Source: Felis catus (taxonomy: Eukaryota). From it: 64,000 nt of DNA. Below, in pieces: positions 52,755 through 64,000 of this stretch. Every line of letters begins with the position of its first letter. Position 1 is the stretch's first letter. The translations under genes and the position numbers were made by a program. The notes below the pieces were generated by a model, which had not been told where the DNA came from, made no database searches, and was given only the letters and a program-made list of their open reading frames with translations. Location of the stretch: the NCBI RefSeq assembly GCF_018350175.1, contig NC_058368.1, positions 178,438,001 to 178,502,000 of the forward strand. Reading direction: 5' to 3'.

Positions 52755-53115
52755 CCATGTTCTACCCTTTCCTGTCCTGCTCTGTCTGCCTGGTCTGTGT
52801 CACCCTGGCTTCCTTCTTTGACTCTGGCTGGGTTTGGCCAACGAGAGAGGCACCAGCAGACTGGAGAGTGAGAAGAGGAGACGTTGCTCCAACCCCCTCC
52901 CGTCCATCTGCAGGGCCGCGTCCCTTCGGCCACAGCCCCACCGGGCACTGTATCCCTGCTGCCTCAGGCCCAGGGTTGCTAGTCCCTGGGTATACTGCCA
53001 TCCTGGGGTTTCCTCAATGCTGCCTGTACCTCTATACAAAATCCCCTCCTTAAAGTCTCTTCCTTTAGACCTACTGAGTATGCTACTGTCTCCTGCGGGG
53101 ACCCTGAATGGTATA
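52755..53115 (+). mobile_element. ERVL LTR, LTR33-like
   Basis: CTGGCTGGGTTTGGCCAACGAGAGAGGCACCAGCAGA..AAAATCCCCTCCTTAAAGTCTCTTC..GGGACCCTGAATGGTATA. Confidence 0.6.
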
Positions 53116-53380
53116 AGGCTCTCCCACTTTTCCTTCTAGTTCTCTGGCCATTCCTGTTTTGCCCTCTTGTAAGGCTCAATATCTTGTATCTGTCTATCAA
53201 ACACTGATGATCCTGCAGGATTGGTCCAAGATGCTCTTTTTTTGTCATTTCAGTACCATCACGCTGGGTGATCTCCTATGACCCCAGAGCTGCAATTGCC
53301 ACCCACCCAGATGACTCCTCAAGGTCTCTTTCCAGTCCAGCCTTGTCTACTTGTCTATGTCTTCCAGAGCCTTCCCTTTC

Positions 53381-53695
53381 CTCCTTCCTTCCTTCCTTCC
53401 TTCCTTCCTTCCTTCCTTCCTTCTTCCCTCCCTCCCTCCCTCCTTTCCTTCCTTCCTTCCTTCCTTCCTTCCTTCCTTCCTTCCTTCCCTAAATGTTTAT
53501 TTATTTTTGAGAGAGAGAGAAACAGAGTGTGACTGGGGGAAGGGCAGAGAGAGAGGGAGACACAGAATCCAAAGCAGGCTCCAGGCTCTGAGCCATCAGC
53601 ACAGAGCCTGACGCAAGGCTCGAACCCATGAATCATGAGATCATGACCTGAGCTGAAGTTGGATGCTTAAACCAACTGAGCCACCCAGGTGCCCC
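53381..53695 (-). mobile_element. Can-SINE (SINEC_Fc-like) whose tail is a (GGAA)n microsatellite
   Basis: 15-bp TSD AGAGCCTTCCCTTTC at 53366-53380 and 53697-53711; (TTCC)n at ~53381-53489. Confidence 0.95.
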
Positions 53696-54070
53696 AAGAG
53701 CCTTCCCTTTCTTAAGGAATGATGCCGCCATCAACCTACATATGCAAGGCGGCAGCCCAGAGGTCATCCTCGACCCTCCCTAATGCTCCCCTCCCACACC
53801 CAATCTATCGCCATGTTCCGCGATTTCTCTTTGCACCTCCAAACACACCTGGCCCTGGCTACCCTCAAATTTCATCTTGGTGCTTGGCCTGCCCACACTC
53901 TTGTTGCCCCTCCCAGCTCTCTGCAGCTGCTCTTTGCTATGTAGTCAGAGCGATCTTTTCACAATACACAATTGATCGCACCACCCCGAGGCTTAAAACC
54001 TCCAGTGGCCCCCGGTTGGCGTTGGTACTTGCCTCTCTGCCAGCCTCTCCAGTGTGCCATGGCTCACTTG

Positions 54071-55247
54071 TTTTTCACACGGTGGTTCCCGAGGGTCTCT
54101 CCTTCCAGATGGCAAGCTGGCCTCCCGGCTCCAGCCTCACTGGCCCTCAGGCCTGGGTCCCACGGGAAAGAGCCAGAGGACCCATTGCTCCTGATCACCA
54201 GGTAGCTTTCCTCTGAGGTGGTGTCTTCACATGCTGTTCCTCACCCCTGCCCCCTTGAGCTCTTCACTTCTGCATTTCTACTCATCCTGAAGCTCTCAGC
54301 TTGATGGTCACAGCCTCAATCAGCTTCTCTGGTCCCCCTGCCCAGGCCAAACCCTACTGTACTGGGTACCTCGCCTGGGACGCTTTTTACAGTTTGTTTT
54401 ACACGTATTTGTATGTTTCATAAATACCTACCCACCTACTGTGTGAGGACAGGGGCCATCTGCCCATGCATGTCATTTATTCATCTCTGTATCGTCATCA
54501 CCCAGCCCAGTGCCTGGCACAAATATTGTCGAATGAGTGAATGAAAGCACAGTTCTACCGGGGCTTCCCAGAAGGGGTGTTGTTGGCACCGGATTGGACT
54601 TTAAAGGGTTTATGGGAGTTTTCCATCTGGAGCAGAAGGAAAGGACATTTCGTGGAGAGAGAGCCTAAGTCATCAATTGTGAAAGGAAACTTGGTCCGGA
54701 TTGCTTTAGGCAGTGGAATGTGTGAGTTGGTCACAAAAGACACTTAAATGCACTCTCTTTGTAGAGCTTCCGACGGTGAGAGCCCGGCTCCTCTCAAATA
54801 CCTCCTTCCCAAGACCCGGGTCATAGAATGCAGCCCCATTTTCAGGGTCCTCTGGCCTTAGCCCTGAGCCATAGAAGAAGGCTCTGCATTGAGACCTCTG
54901 GGCCATCTACGCATGCTTGCCACCCGGATCCATCCCTACTTCTTACTGCGGCAGCCCTCCGTGTGTGTGTGTCTTCTCTCCCCCATTTCTGTTGGCCGGG
55001 GGTGGCCGCATGGCCCAGGCCCAAAGCCGGTTGTGGGTCTCATTTCCCCGGCTTCAGTAATGAGTTCAGGGCCGGACATGCGACATAAGCTATTCGATCG
55101 GCAAGCACGCCAGGAGGTTTTCAGGAGCCACAGCCAAAGACTCTGGTCTTTCCCGTGGGACCCAGGCCTGAGGGCCAGTGAGGCTGGAGCGGGGAGGCCA
55201 GCTGGCCACCTGGAAGGAGAGACCCTCGGGAACCACCGTGTGAAAAA
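54071..55247. repeat. Inverted repeat, arms 54071-54178 and 55141-55247, 962-bp spacer
   Basis: Manual alignment: 3 substitutions and 1 single-base indel over 108 columns. Confidence 0.95.
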
Positions 55248-55441
55248 GAAGCCCACACAGAAAAGCAGGGCCAAGAAATGGAGGGAAACCAGTCCTGTTC
55301 ACACCCCAGGACTCGGCAGCGCCTGAACTCCTCCTACCCCTGAACTTGTCAAGTATGTGAACCATGAAATCTCTACATTGCTTATGCCAGTTTGGGCTGC
55401 GGTTTTTGCCGCTTAAACAAGACAGAGTCCTCACTGAGACA
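54930..55441 (+). mobile_element. Old MaLR LTR (MLT1J/K-like)
   Basis: CAGTAATGAGTTCAGGG..GACATGCGAC..CCTACCCCTGAACTT..GCCAGTTTGGGCTG..AGAGTCCTCACTGAGACA. Confidence 0.65.
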
Positions 55442-56683
55442 ACCTCTCTCTGTCCTCTCCACATCCTGATGCCCCCAGGACCTTCCCAAGGTCTCAGCGG
55501 AAAGTGTCAGGCAAGGCTCTCACCTGGAATCTGTTTGCTTTGGCTCCACTTTGACTCTAACTTGCTGTGTGAGCAGGAACGTCTTTTTCCTTAAGGCCCT
55601 CAGTTTTCTGATCTGTGAGATAACACCCTCTGCTCTGGGATCCAAGGCACCCCATGCTTTTTCTGCCATGGCCTTATCATCATTTTCTGTTTAATTATCT
55701 GAGTCCCCCTTGCATCCTGTGGGTGGCCTGGCAAAGCCCTGGAAAGCAAGGATGGACCACTCCTTTGGGCTCCTGAGTCTTCTATCTGCTCTCAGGAGGT
55801 CCTAAGCTGTCTGCCCCCAGTGAGCAAAATGGCCACACACATGTCATCCCATGACCGATGGGATGGGGGTGGGGGCCGATAAGGCCTGGGGAAGGAATGT
55901 CTCCAGTGTCTTAAAGGCTCACCAGACCCTGGACTGCTGTCTCAGCCTGGAAATAGTGAGGTGGAAGCTTCCCCAGGCTAAACCTTCTTAACCGAGAAAC
56001 GCAGAAGGGCCCTGCAAAGTGTGGGAACCCCGCCCACCCCTCTCCTTCCCTGAGCAAGCATCAAGTCTTCTTACTGAGACGCAGTGGAAAGCAACAGGGG
56101 GACGGATGCCAAGATCGCCCCCCTCCCTCCCATCATGCTCGGCTCTCCTGACACATTTCAGGAACGAGCTGCAGCGGCAGGTGGCGGGGGGACTTCCTGG
56201 AAGGCAGCCCGGGGCCCTGGCACTCGGCCGAGCCTGCATGCTTACTCCTCACCTGTGCCTGACTGCCAGTTAGCCTGACGAGCTTTAGAGGCGCTGTAAT
56301 GTGTGGAATTAAAATGTTCTTCCTATTTTCATCTGGCAGCACGGTGGCTGGGAGCAGAGGAAGGCATAGGTGGGGCTAAAGGCCTCTGGTTTTTTCCTGG
56401 GCCTATAGTGGAGGTGCTAAATGACAGGGACCCCCTCCTGCCTGCCCACCTGTAGGGACAGGGAGCATCCATGGTCCAGGAGGCTCCTCCAAGGGACAGA
56501 GGCAGGGGATGGACATGGGTGAGAGAAGGGAGCTAAGGGGCACAGGCTGCAGTGGCTGGGGTGCCAGCGGGAGGAGGCCCAGCATGACAGAATGACTGCG
56601 AGCCCCTCCTCATTGCTTCCAGGCCGGTTTCCCCATCATCCTCACAGGGCAGGCCAGAGGCAGATCCCGCCACGACACCGCCT

Positions 56684-57090
56684 TTGTCCTAGGTCAGGTT
56701 CCTGGAAGCGGACCCTGAGACCAGAAGTCGCGTGCGTGAGATTGATCAAGGAATTGCTTTCAGGAGAAACCAGTGAGGGTGGGGAAGAAGAAACTAAGGA
56801 AGGCAAGATGCCAAGGAAGGAGGTGATCTCAGATGTGATCCTGTGGGACCTCAGGAAGGCCACCTGCATTCGGAGTCTGTCCTGCCTCCAGGCAAGGGGG
56901 AAGGGCTTTCCCACTCCCAACTTTGGCCAAGGTCCTGCGTGAGACATAAACTCCCAGGCCCTTCAGGCTCTGGGCAACTGAAAAAGCAAGTGGAGCAGCC
57001 TGGGGACAGATTTCAGAAGGGGGTGGCAGTCATGGGCTTGATGGGACTTGTGCCCACCCAGAATGGCAGGAGGGCAGCCTTGGTTTCCTG
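56684..57090 (-). mobile_element. ERVL LTR, LTR16/LTR33-like
   Basis: TGTCCTAGGTCAGGTTCCTGGAAGCGGACCCTGAGAC terminus. Confidence 0.55.
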
Positions 57091-58127
57091 CCATAAAGTA
57101 GACCCAGAATGTGAACACAGGAATCTTGACCCCTGTGACCAAAGGGTCTGGAGGACAAAGTTGAACACTGCTGAGGGAGGAGGTGAGGGAGTGGCGGGGG
57201 GTGGAGGGGTAGCTAAAGGTCAGAGCAGCTGGCCAGCCTAGGGCTGGGGGGGACCTGAAGGGCCTGAGCAACACCCAGAGGAGCCAGGAGAGTCACGTGC
57301 CTCTGGGGTGTCCCTTGAGCCTGCTGGGGACCTGTTGGTGGAGCCAGCACCCCAAATGTTGAGTCCCCCTGAGTTTCTGGAAACACTAAGGCTGGTGCCA
57401 AGAAGGACAGCAGAGACCTCATGGAAGGACCATGAATGGCCAGGAATGACAAAATGTTTGAAGCCAGGACATCAGCCTCAGAGCAAACTCTGGGAAAAGG
57501 CTTCTTTCAGTGGCCCAAGCTTGGCTTGGCCATGCGCTGACAGCACAGGCCTGAGGGACCAAGAAACCCACTGCAGTGTGGTTCTGAAGACTGCGAAGGC
57601 CCAGGGTTGAGGAACAGCTTGAAGGTTTTTAGGTCTTCCCATAGTTCCATCTAAGAGTGTGAAGAGGTAAGAAGAGACAAATGATGTGGCAGTGGTGGGG
57701 GGACCGCCTTCCTGCCGCGGGCCCTACCCAGAGTGGCGGCTCAGGATCTGGGGACGGGGATGGAGCCCAGCTTTGAAGGAGAGATTCTGGTTCTACTTGT
57801 TCCTTGGTGAGCTCTCTGTGCCCTTGCTAATACATTCGCCCTGTGATGGGCTCCAAGTGTCCTTCCTGGGCCAGATGCCCTGGTTTGAATCTTGGCTCAC
57901 TTCCTTGGGCAGTTTGCTCCACCTCTCTGAGGCAGGCACGTGTGGGTTTGTAGGTTTGTTTTGAGGACTGGCTGGCATACAGACAGCACATAGGTACTTA
58001 GTAACCTACCTAGGAAGGCTGCTGCAGACAAATGTCTGGACGGGGTTTGTGGATCCTAAGGGGCTGGGTCGCATTTGCTGTTTCTGTTCTTGTCTTGTTC
58101 TCTGTGGCTGAGAACGGGGTCTATAAG

Positions 58128-58180
58128 CTGGTTCCCAACCAGGAGTCTGAGCTGAAACACCACAGAAAACAAAAAACAGG

Positions 58181-58211
<31 letters not shown>

Positions 58212-58420
58212 CCCTGGGAATTGATCAGAAACGCAAATTTTCAGGCCCCAGCCCAGACCTCCTGAATCAAAAGCTGGGGGTGGGCCCAGCCCCCTGGGTT
58301 TCACTGAGCCACCCTGCCCCTCCCCAGGGTGAGCCTGGTATGTCCTCAAAAAAATTTTTTTTTAATATAATTTATTGTCAAATTGGTCTCCATGGTATGT
58401 CCTCAAATTGAGAACTGCTG
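58128..58420. mobile_element. MER5A-like hAT-Charlie element containing a (CA)n run and a tiny L1 insertion
   Basis: AGAAACGCAAATTTTCAGGCCCCAGCCCAGACCTCCTGAATCA..GGGGGTGGGCCCAGC..TTGAGAACTGCTG. Confidence 0.8.
58351..58392 (-). mobile_element. Ultra-short carnivore L1 3' tip
   Basis: TTTTTTTTTAATATAATTTATTGTCAAATTGGTCTCCA between perfect 15-bp repeats TGGTATGTCCTCAAA. Confidence 0.85.
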
Positions 58421-59700
58421 AGCAGGGACAGGCCCACCTTACCGGTTCTGGCCTCTGGCCCAGAGGCTGTTCCCTGTCACCCAGCATGCAGCCTGTCCCC
58501 CTCTGATGTGGTTGCTGAGACCTTTCTGTTCATCAAACAGAGCAGGAATTGGCCCTATGGGGAGCAACCTGACTCAGCCTATATTTCAGGCTATCTTGAC
58601 CTGGGTCCAGATTCTCTCCCAGAAATGAATAGGCTTGAAGGGCTGCATATTTGCATAATGGTTCTCTTGTCCCTGTCTCTTGCCTTAATTGTTTTGGTTA
58701 CTGCTTCCCTAATCTGGTTGCCTAGAGCAGTGGTATTTTGACCTTGCAGGCCTCAAAGTCACCTGGGCAGCCTGTGAAACTGCAGATACCCACCCCCACC
58801 CCTTCCTCATTCCAGAAGGAGGTGTAGCCGCAGTGTAGCTGGAAGCTGCATTGACACTGGACGTAAAATCGAGATGAGGCCATGGTCTTGGCCAGTGAAG
58901 GGGTGTGAGAATGTTGGTCTCATTGAGATCCCCGCGGCTGCCCTCCAGAAGCCTTCCAGGAGCCTGAGGACTCTGGGGCCCCTCAGGTGGTGGTAGGCTC
59001 CCTGGAGGTGGAACAGGAAGGTGATGGGAGGAAGGGAAAGACATGGGGTACCGGTTCTTGAAGGAGCATCCTCCTGGTGGGCTCCGAGGGGTGTGCCCTA
59101 AGGAGCAGTGGTGTTGCTCCCTAAGCACGGTGCCGGGCACTGCGCATGTGGTTTCTCATTTAATGCTCCTGCAACCCCACAGGGTAGGGGTTTTATCTCC
59201 AACTTCACAGAGGTTAAGTGGCTCGTCCAGAATCACATCACTGGTCAGGAGCAACCATAGTCCTGCCCTGTTTTGGAGCCCGTGCCTTCAGCACCGTCTT
59301 GTACTTCCTCCTCCTGGGAGAGAAAGTCAAGGACATAGCTCAGTGTCTGGCGCAGAGTGAGCTTACAACAAAGACAGCTCCACAAACAGCCCCTTCCAAC
59401 CCCACTTTATAGATGAGGAAGCCGAAACCCTAAGGGCTGCCTGGACCTGCAGATGCCGGGACGCTCGACTCTGGAGCAAGAATGTAAGGGCTTATTCCCT
59501 GTTTGCAGTGAAACTTCTAAGCATCCTAAGAGATTCCGGAAGACCTCCGACTTGGGGTGAATGGGAGAAGAGAGGCAGGGTGCCTCCAGCCTTTGGGAAA
59601 GAGGAGGGAGACACTGAACCCAGGAGACTGGGCTTGGTAGTAAAACCTTGCTAGGAAAAAGCTGGGCTGGGGAGCAGGAGCAGGCCAGCTTGTGGCCTGT

Positions 59701-59732
59701 GCCGCCCTCTGCTGGTCATGGGTGGTACTGGC
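59701..59732 (-). promoter_or_regulatory. Putative CTCF binding site (core plus upstream motif)
   Basis: The - strand reads GCCAGTACC-ACCCA-TGA-CCAGCAGAGGGCGGC; the core fits CCASYAGRKGGCRS at every position. Confidence 0.65.
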
Positions 59733-60227
59733 CACAGCCGGCAGGGGCCAGCTCTTGGGACTTTATGGGACTCAGGCCAGGTCACCAGGGGAAATTGTCT
59801 GAGACCTGACTCTGGCCACTTTCACTTCAGCTCAGACAGTCTCACATCAGCGTCATCCAAGACCATGTGTTGGCAGCTGGCTGGAGCCACGCACTCCCTT
59901 CTATTCTGTTCTTGGAGAAGGTATGACAGTCACATTACCCTCTTGGTCAACCCAGGTCCCTGGTGCTGTTCTTCTGGTTCACAGGGATCGGCCAAAGTAG
60001 CAGTTTCCTGCTGGAGCTTCCATGGTGCCCATCCTGCCTGAGCCAGAATTCCTGGCTCTCCTAAAATTGTCCATTCTGGCTTCCAAGGAGGGGCTTGATA
60101 GGATGCCCCCTGATTTGGGGGTTGTTGGAAAGTAAAAGTCTCAGGGTCCCTCTCACTCCAGCTCCTGGAATAATATGAATAGTGTCTGACATTAACTGAA
60201 CACTGACTATATTCCAGTGGCTTTTCT

Positions 60228-60460
60228 TTTTATTTATTTTATTTTATTTTATTTTATTTTATTTATTTTATTTTTGAGAGAGAGAGAGTCAGAATGAGAG
60301 TGGGGAGGTGCAGAGAGAGAGAGGGAAACACAGAATCTAAAGCAGGCTCCAGGCTCTGAGCTGTCAGCACAGAACCCAACCAGGGCTCGAACTCATGGAT
60401 GGTGAGATCACGACCTGAGCCGAAGTTGGATGCCCAACCGACTGAGCCACAGAGGTGCCC
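60228..60460 (-). mobile_element. Can-SINE (SINEC_Fc-like) inserted in a MIR (~60180-60660)
   Basis: (TTTTA)n tail; TSD CAGT(G/C)GCTTTTCT at 60215-60227 and 60461-60473. Confidence 0.95.
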
Positions 60461-61227
60461 CAGTCGCTTTTCTAAATATAATGAATACGTAGTAAGTATA
60501 TGCATACAGAGTTGTCACAACAAACTTAGGAGGGAGGTACTAATACTATCCCTGTACTGTAGAAGACAAAAACTGAGATTCAAAGAAATCTCGTCAACAG
60601 TTTGAGATCCCACAGCCATTAAACAGCAGAGCAGGATTTGAACCCAGGATTTGGTTCCTCCGCCCTTGCTTTCTAGCCATGACACTGTCCTGCTGAAGGC
60701 GGGCATAATCCACAGACCTCCCTCTGTGACCAGCCCAAAGCAGTGGCATCCGGGCCGGGAAATGGTGCTGAGGCAAGCAGGAGGCACCTCTGGATGGATG
60801 GAGATACAGAAGTTAGGAGAAGGAATTCAGTCTCTCAGCCAGGTGGGCCTGGGACAGGATCCCAGGACTGCCCCTGGTGAGCTGGCGGACTCTGGCAAAT
60901 TGTACCCTGCTCTGAGCCTCAGTGTCCTTATCTGTGAAATCATACTAATAATAACATTCCTTTCTCTGAGGGTTTTGGTAAATGTTAAATGGGACAAGTA
61001 ATGTGACACTCAGTAAGCCCTCAACAGAGGTGGGTTTCTTTCCTTCCTTTGAAATTGGGCTTAAGCCACCAAGCCATCTGGGGGAGGCACAGGTAGTGAT
61101 GATGGTGGAGATGTTGAACATCCCAGCTGCTTATAATTATTGAACATCTACTATGTTTAACCGGATAGCTACGAATGGCTATTGTCTGCGAGTGCATTAG
61201 CTTCGGACTTAACTTTTTGTTCCATTT

Positions 61228-61354
61228 CAGTGGTTCATCCATGAAGATTTAAAGACACTGGTACCCAGGTCCTACTGATTTAGTTGGACTGGACAATACA
61301 GGACCATGGCTTCCCAAGGGGTTCGTTTGGTGCAGCTGGGATTGAGAGCCACTG
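61228..61354. mobile_element. MER5B-like hAT-Charlie element
   Basis: CAGTGGTTC...TTGAGAGCCACTG inverted termini. Confidence 0.6.
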
Positions 61355-62209
61355 AGAATATTCCCATTTAATATTTACTTATCATTCAGATCTCAGCTCA
61401 GATGTCACCGCTTTAAAGAAACGTTCCCTGACCACATAGACCAGGCCCATTGTCCTTGTTTCATACCACTGTATATTCCTTTCCCTCAGAGAGAATTTAT
61501 CCCATTTACATTTATTCGTGTGGCCATTTCAATGTCTGTCTCTTTCACTAGACAGTTTTCTCATCTGTAAAATGGGGAGATAAGTTCCTACCTCACGGAG
61601 CTCTTGTGAGGATCTAATAACAGACCACAGGTAAAGAGTTTGGTGATCTTCTAGATGGTCCCTGTGAGTGGTGACTCACTGCCTGTCACCCAGGGGGTCT
61701 TTGGACTAACTCACTGCTGTCTTCTAATTTCTTAATTAGCAATGTCACTCATGGACCTGGCATTAGTCTCTCTGGATTTAGGCTGTGAGGCGATCCTCAG
61801 GTCATCTGAACTTCCCTGTTAGTGTGACCTCATATCATAGCCCCTAAGCTATGGAATCTGAGCCCTCAAGTGCCAGCTCTGAGCTAGTATTCTTATTCTG
61901 TGTGCCCAGCTGGTCTGTCCTTTTAATAATCAGATTACTCACTCAAAAAATATTTAACTAAGGCCTAGTTAGGTGCCAGGCATTGCCCCAAATGCTGTAT
62001 ACATATTATCTCATTTAAGAACTTTTGCTGTTTCAATAAAGCCTGTCCTCTTATTTCTAGTTAGAACCTAGGGATGAGGGTTGATATAAATGAGTTCCGG
62101 GAGAGTTTGAATTGGGGGGGAGGGTGGTGGTGGTGGGAGGAGTGGTCCCTTACCTGCTGGGATCTCAGGCCTCATGGAAAGACTCTGCTCTTTAGCATCA
62201 TCTAATTGT

Positions 62210-62390
62210 TTCTGCACAAGCCCAGGCCTGCCAGATTGCCCTACTTTTAAAGAGAATCCAGAAGCCTACATTTCTATATGGAAATCTCAGATTTTAGAAA
62301 ATGGCTCAATTTGGAAAAAAAAAAAAAAAAGAGACATAACACCATGTCTAACCCAAACTCAACTATACGATGGGATCTACTCTTGAACAG
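62210..62390. mobile_element. MER102-like hAT fragment
   Basis: TGCCAGATTG..TTTTAAAGAGAATCCAGAAGCC..TATATGGAAATCTCAGATTTTA. Confidence 0.5.
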
Positions 62391-62547
62391 ACTTAAGCCT
62401 TTGAGGAAGAGAGGGTGGGATGTCCTCAAGCCAGGCAAGGACAGGAGCAGGAGGAAGCTTGGGGAGAAAGATGGAAAAAAGAGAGACTCATCTCCTTAAA
62501 TCCAGAAAGAGGCTGAGAATGTGCGTGGGTGGTAGAGCCTTGGCGGG

Positions 62548-62619
62548 AGTGATGGTTAATTCCATGTGCCAGCTTGTCTGGGCTAAGGGATGCCTAGATT
62601 GCTGATAAACATTATTTCT

Positions 62620-62658
<39 letters not shown>

Positions 62659-63052
62659 TTCCCAGAAGAGTTTAGACTGAGTACTTTGCCAGTGCAAGTG
62701 GGTATCATCCAATCCCCTGATGTCCAGAATTGAACAAAAGCCAGAGGACTGGCAGATTTCCTCTCTTTGCTTGGACCAGGATGTCCATCTTCTTCTGCCC
62801 TCCTCTGACCTCACATTGGGCGCCCCTGGTCCATGGGCCTTCAGACTCCAACTGAGACTAACACCACTAGCCCCTGATTCTCAGACTTTCAGAGACAGCC
62901 TGGGTTTCCTGGTTGTCCAGGCTGCAGATGGCAGACCGTGGGACGTCTTGACCTTCACAAGCACGTAAGCCAGTTCCTATAATGAATGTCTTCTTATGTA
63001 CATCTACACGGAACCTATTGGCTCTTTTTCTCTGGAGCACCCCGAGGAATCC
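62548..63052 (+). mobile_element. ERVL solo LTR, MLT2B-like, with internal (TG)n at ~62612-62654
   Basis: GTGATGGTTAATTCCATGTGCCAGCTTGTCTGGGCTAAGGGATGCCTAGAT..CCTATTGGCTCTTTTTCTCTGGAG. Confidence 0.88.
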
Positions 63053-63170
63053 AGTGGTGTGCCTGGCTCCCTATGTACCAGTCTGGAAAGTCCAGTTTCA
63101 GCAGAGACTCGGTGCCCCAGAGACCCCAAATAGCAGAGCCTTGGACTTGTAGGACCCTGGGGGCTTGGAG

Positions 63171-63232
63171 ATATATATATACATACATATATATATACAT
63201 ACATATATATATATACGTATATATATACGTAT

Positions 63233-63274
<42 letters not shown>

Positions 63275-63303
63275 GTATATATATATGTATATATACGTAT
63301 ATA

Positions 63304-63341
<38 letters not shown>
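63171..63341. repeat. Interrupted (TA)n microsatellite, ~170 bp
   Basis: Read directly; TA units interrupted by CA, TG and CG. Confidence 0.97.
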
Positions 63342-63343
<2 letters not shown>

Positions 63344-64000
63344 CTAAACTCTCCCAGATTCTTGCATGAAGCTAGAGAGGGGGGAGTGCAAATCATGAGA
63401 CAGGAGACGCCACCCCCGGCCCAGGGTCCCATACTTGGTTTCAAGAACAAATGACAGACAAATGGATGGACATTCCTTCCACTGCTGGACACAGGGAGCA
63501 TGACTCCGGAACACCCCTCATGCCCTCCACAGACAGCTGTCCAGTCCATGGAGGAGAAGCCTGCACCGTGACAGGCAGCAGGTCAGCCTGGGAAGGCCAC
63601 CAGTCAGGCTGGCTGGTTTCTGTGGAGCCTGTAAACTGTAATGCTCGCTTCGATTCACAACCCAATTGTCTGTAAAATGAGGCACTTTCGGCAGGTCCCT
63701 TAATTAGAATCCGTTTCTCTGACTCAGAGGCAAGAGGCTGAGGCTGCTCTTCCAGCGTCTATTGATGGAAGGAGATGGGTGAATCTTCCCTGCAGGAGCA
63801 GAGGGGCCAGGAGGGACAGGGTGGCAGGGGAGCCTGCTTGGGGTGTCCAGCTGTGTGAGGGAGACAGTGAGCAAATTTTGGGATCTGGGAAACAGTTGCC
63901 CTTCTTCCTTTTGGAGCTAGTGAAGATGTCAGTTAAAGAACCGAGATCCAATAATAACACCTGCAGGGGCAAATAGTGACAGCCGCGGCTACCACTTCTG

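Larger units (their letters stand above)
52560..54545 (+). mobile_element. Decayed L2 interrupted by an LTR, a Can-SINE and an inverted insertion
   Basis: L2 motifs at 52600-52680, 53300-53345, 53940-54010 and the 3' end CCCAGTGCCTGGCAC..GAATGAGTGAATGAA. Confidence 0.65.

Noticed and set aside
53972..55274. Two ORFs sharing the peptide FFTRWFPRVSPSRW..GLPAPASLALRPGSHGK
   Set aside because: Not paralogous genes; a by-product of the DNA-level inverted duplication inside repeats.
62986..63549. Tyr/Ile-rich ORFs
   Set aside because: Translations of the (TA)n microsatellite.

Overview
Mammalian non-coding DNA. Ten carnivore tRNA-derived SINEs, most of the feliform type (GCTGTCAGCACAGAGCCCGAC-like body), point to a cat-family genome. 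The window opens in a CpG-island promoter (1-~520) whose gene most likely reads leftwards out of the window on the - strand, so the rest looks like upstream gene desert or a large intron. I find no credible protein-coding exon, tRNA, rRNA or CRISPR array; the ORF-track entries are repeat-derived or low-complexity. The sequence is largely old and young interspersed repeats (L2, MIR, L1M, MaLR/ERVL LTRs, hAT and Tigger-type elements, Can-SINEs), several nested with readable target-site duplications. Between them are repeat-free, motif-dense blocks that look like conserved enhancers, and one strong CTCF site. The most unusual structure is a ~108-bp, ~96% identical inverted copy of part of an old LTR pasted into an L2 about 1 kb away. 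I found no evidence for a new multi-gene system. Repeat subfamily names come from recalled consensus sequences, not a RepeatMasker run, and boundaries without a TSD are approximate.
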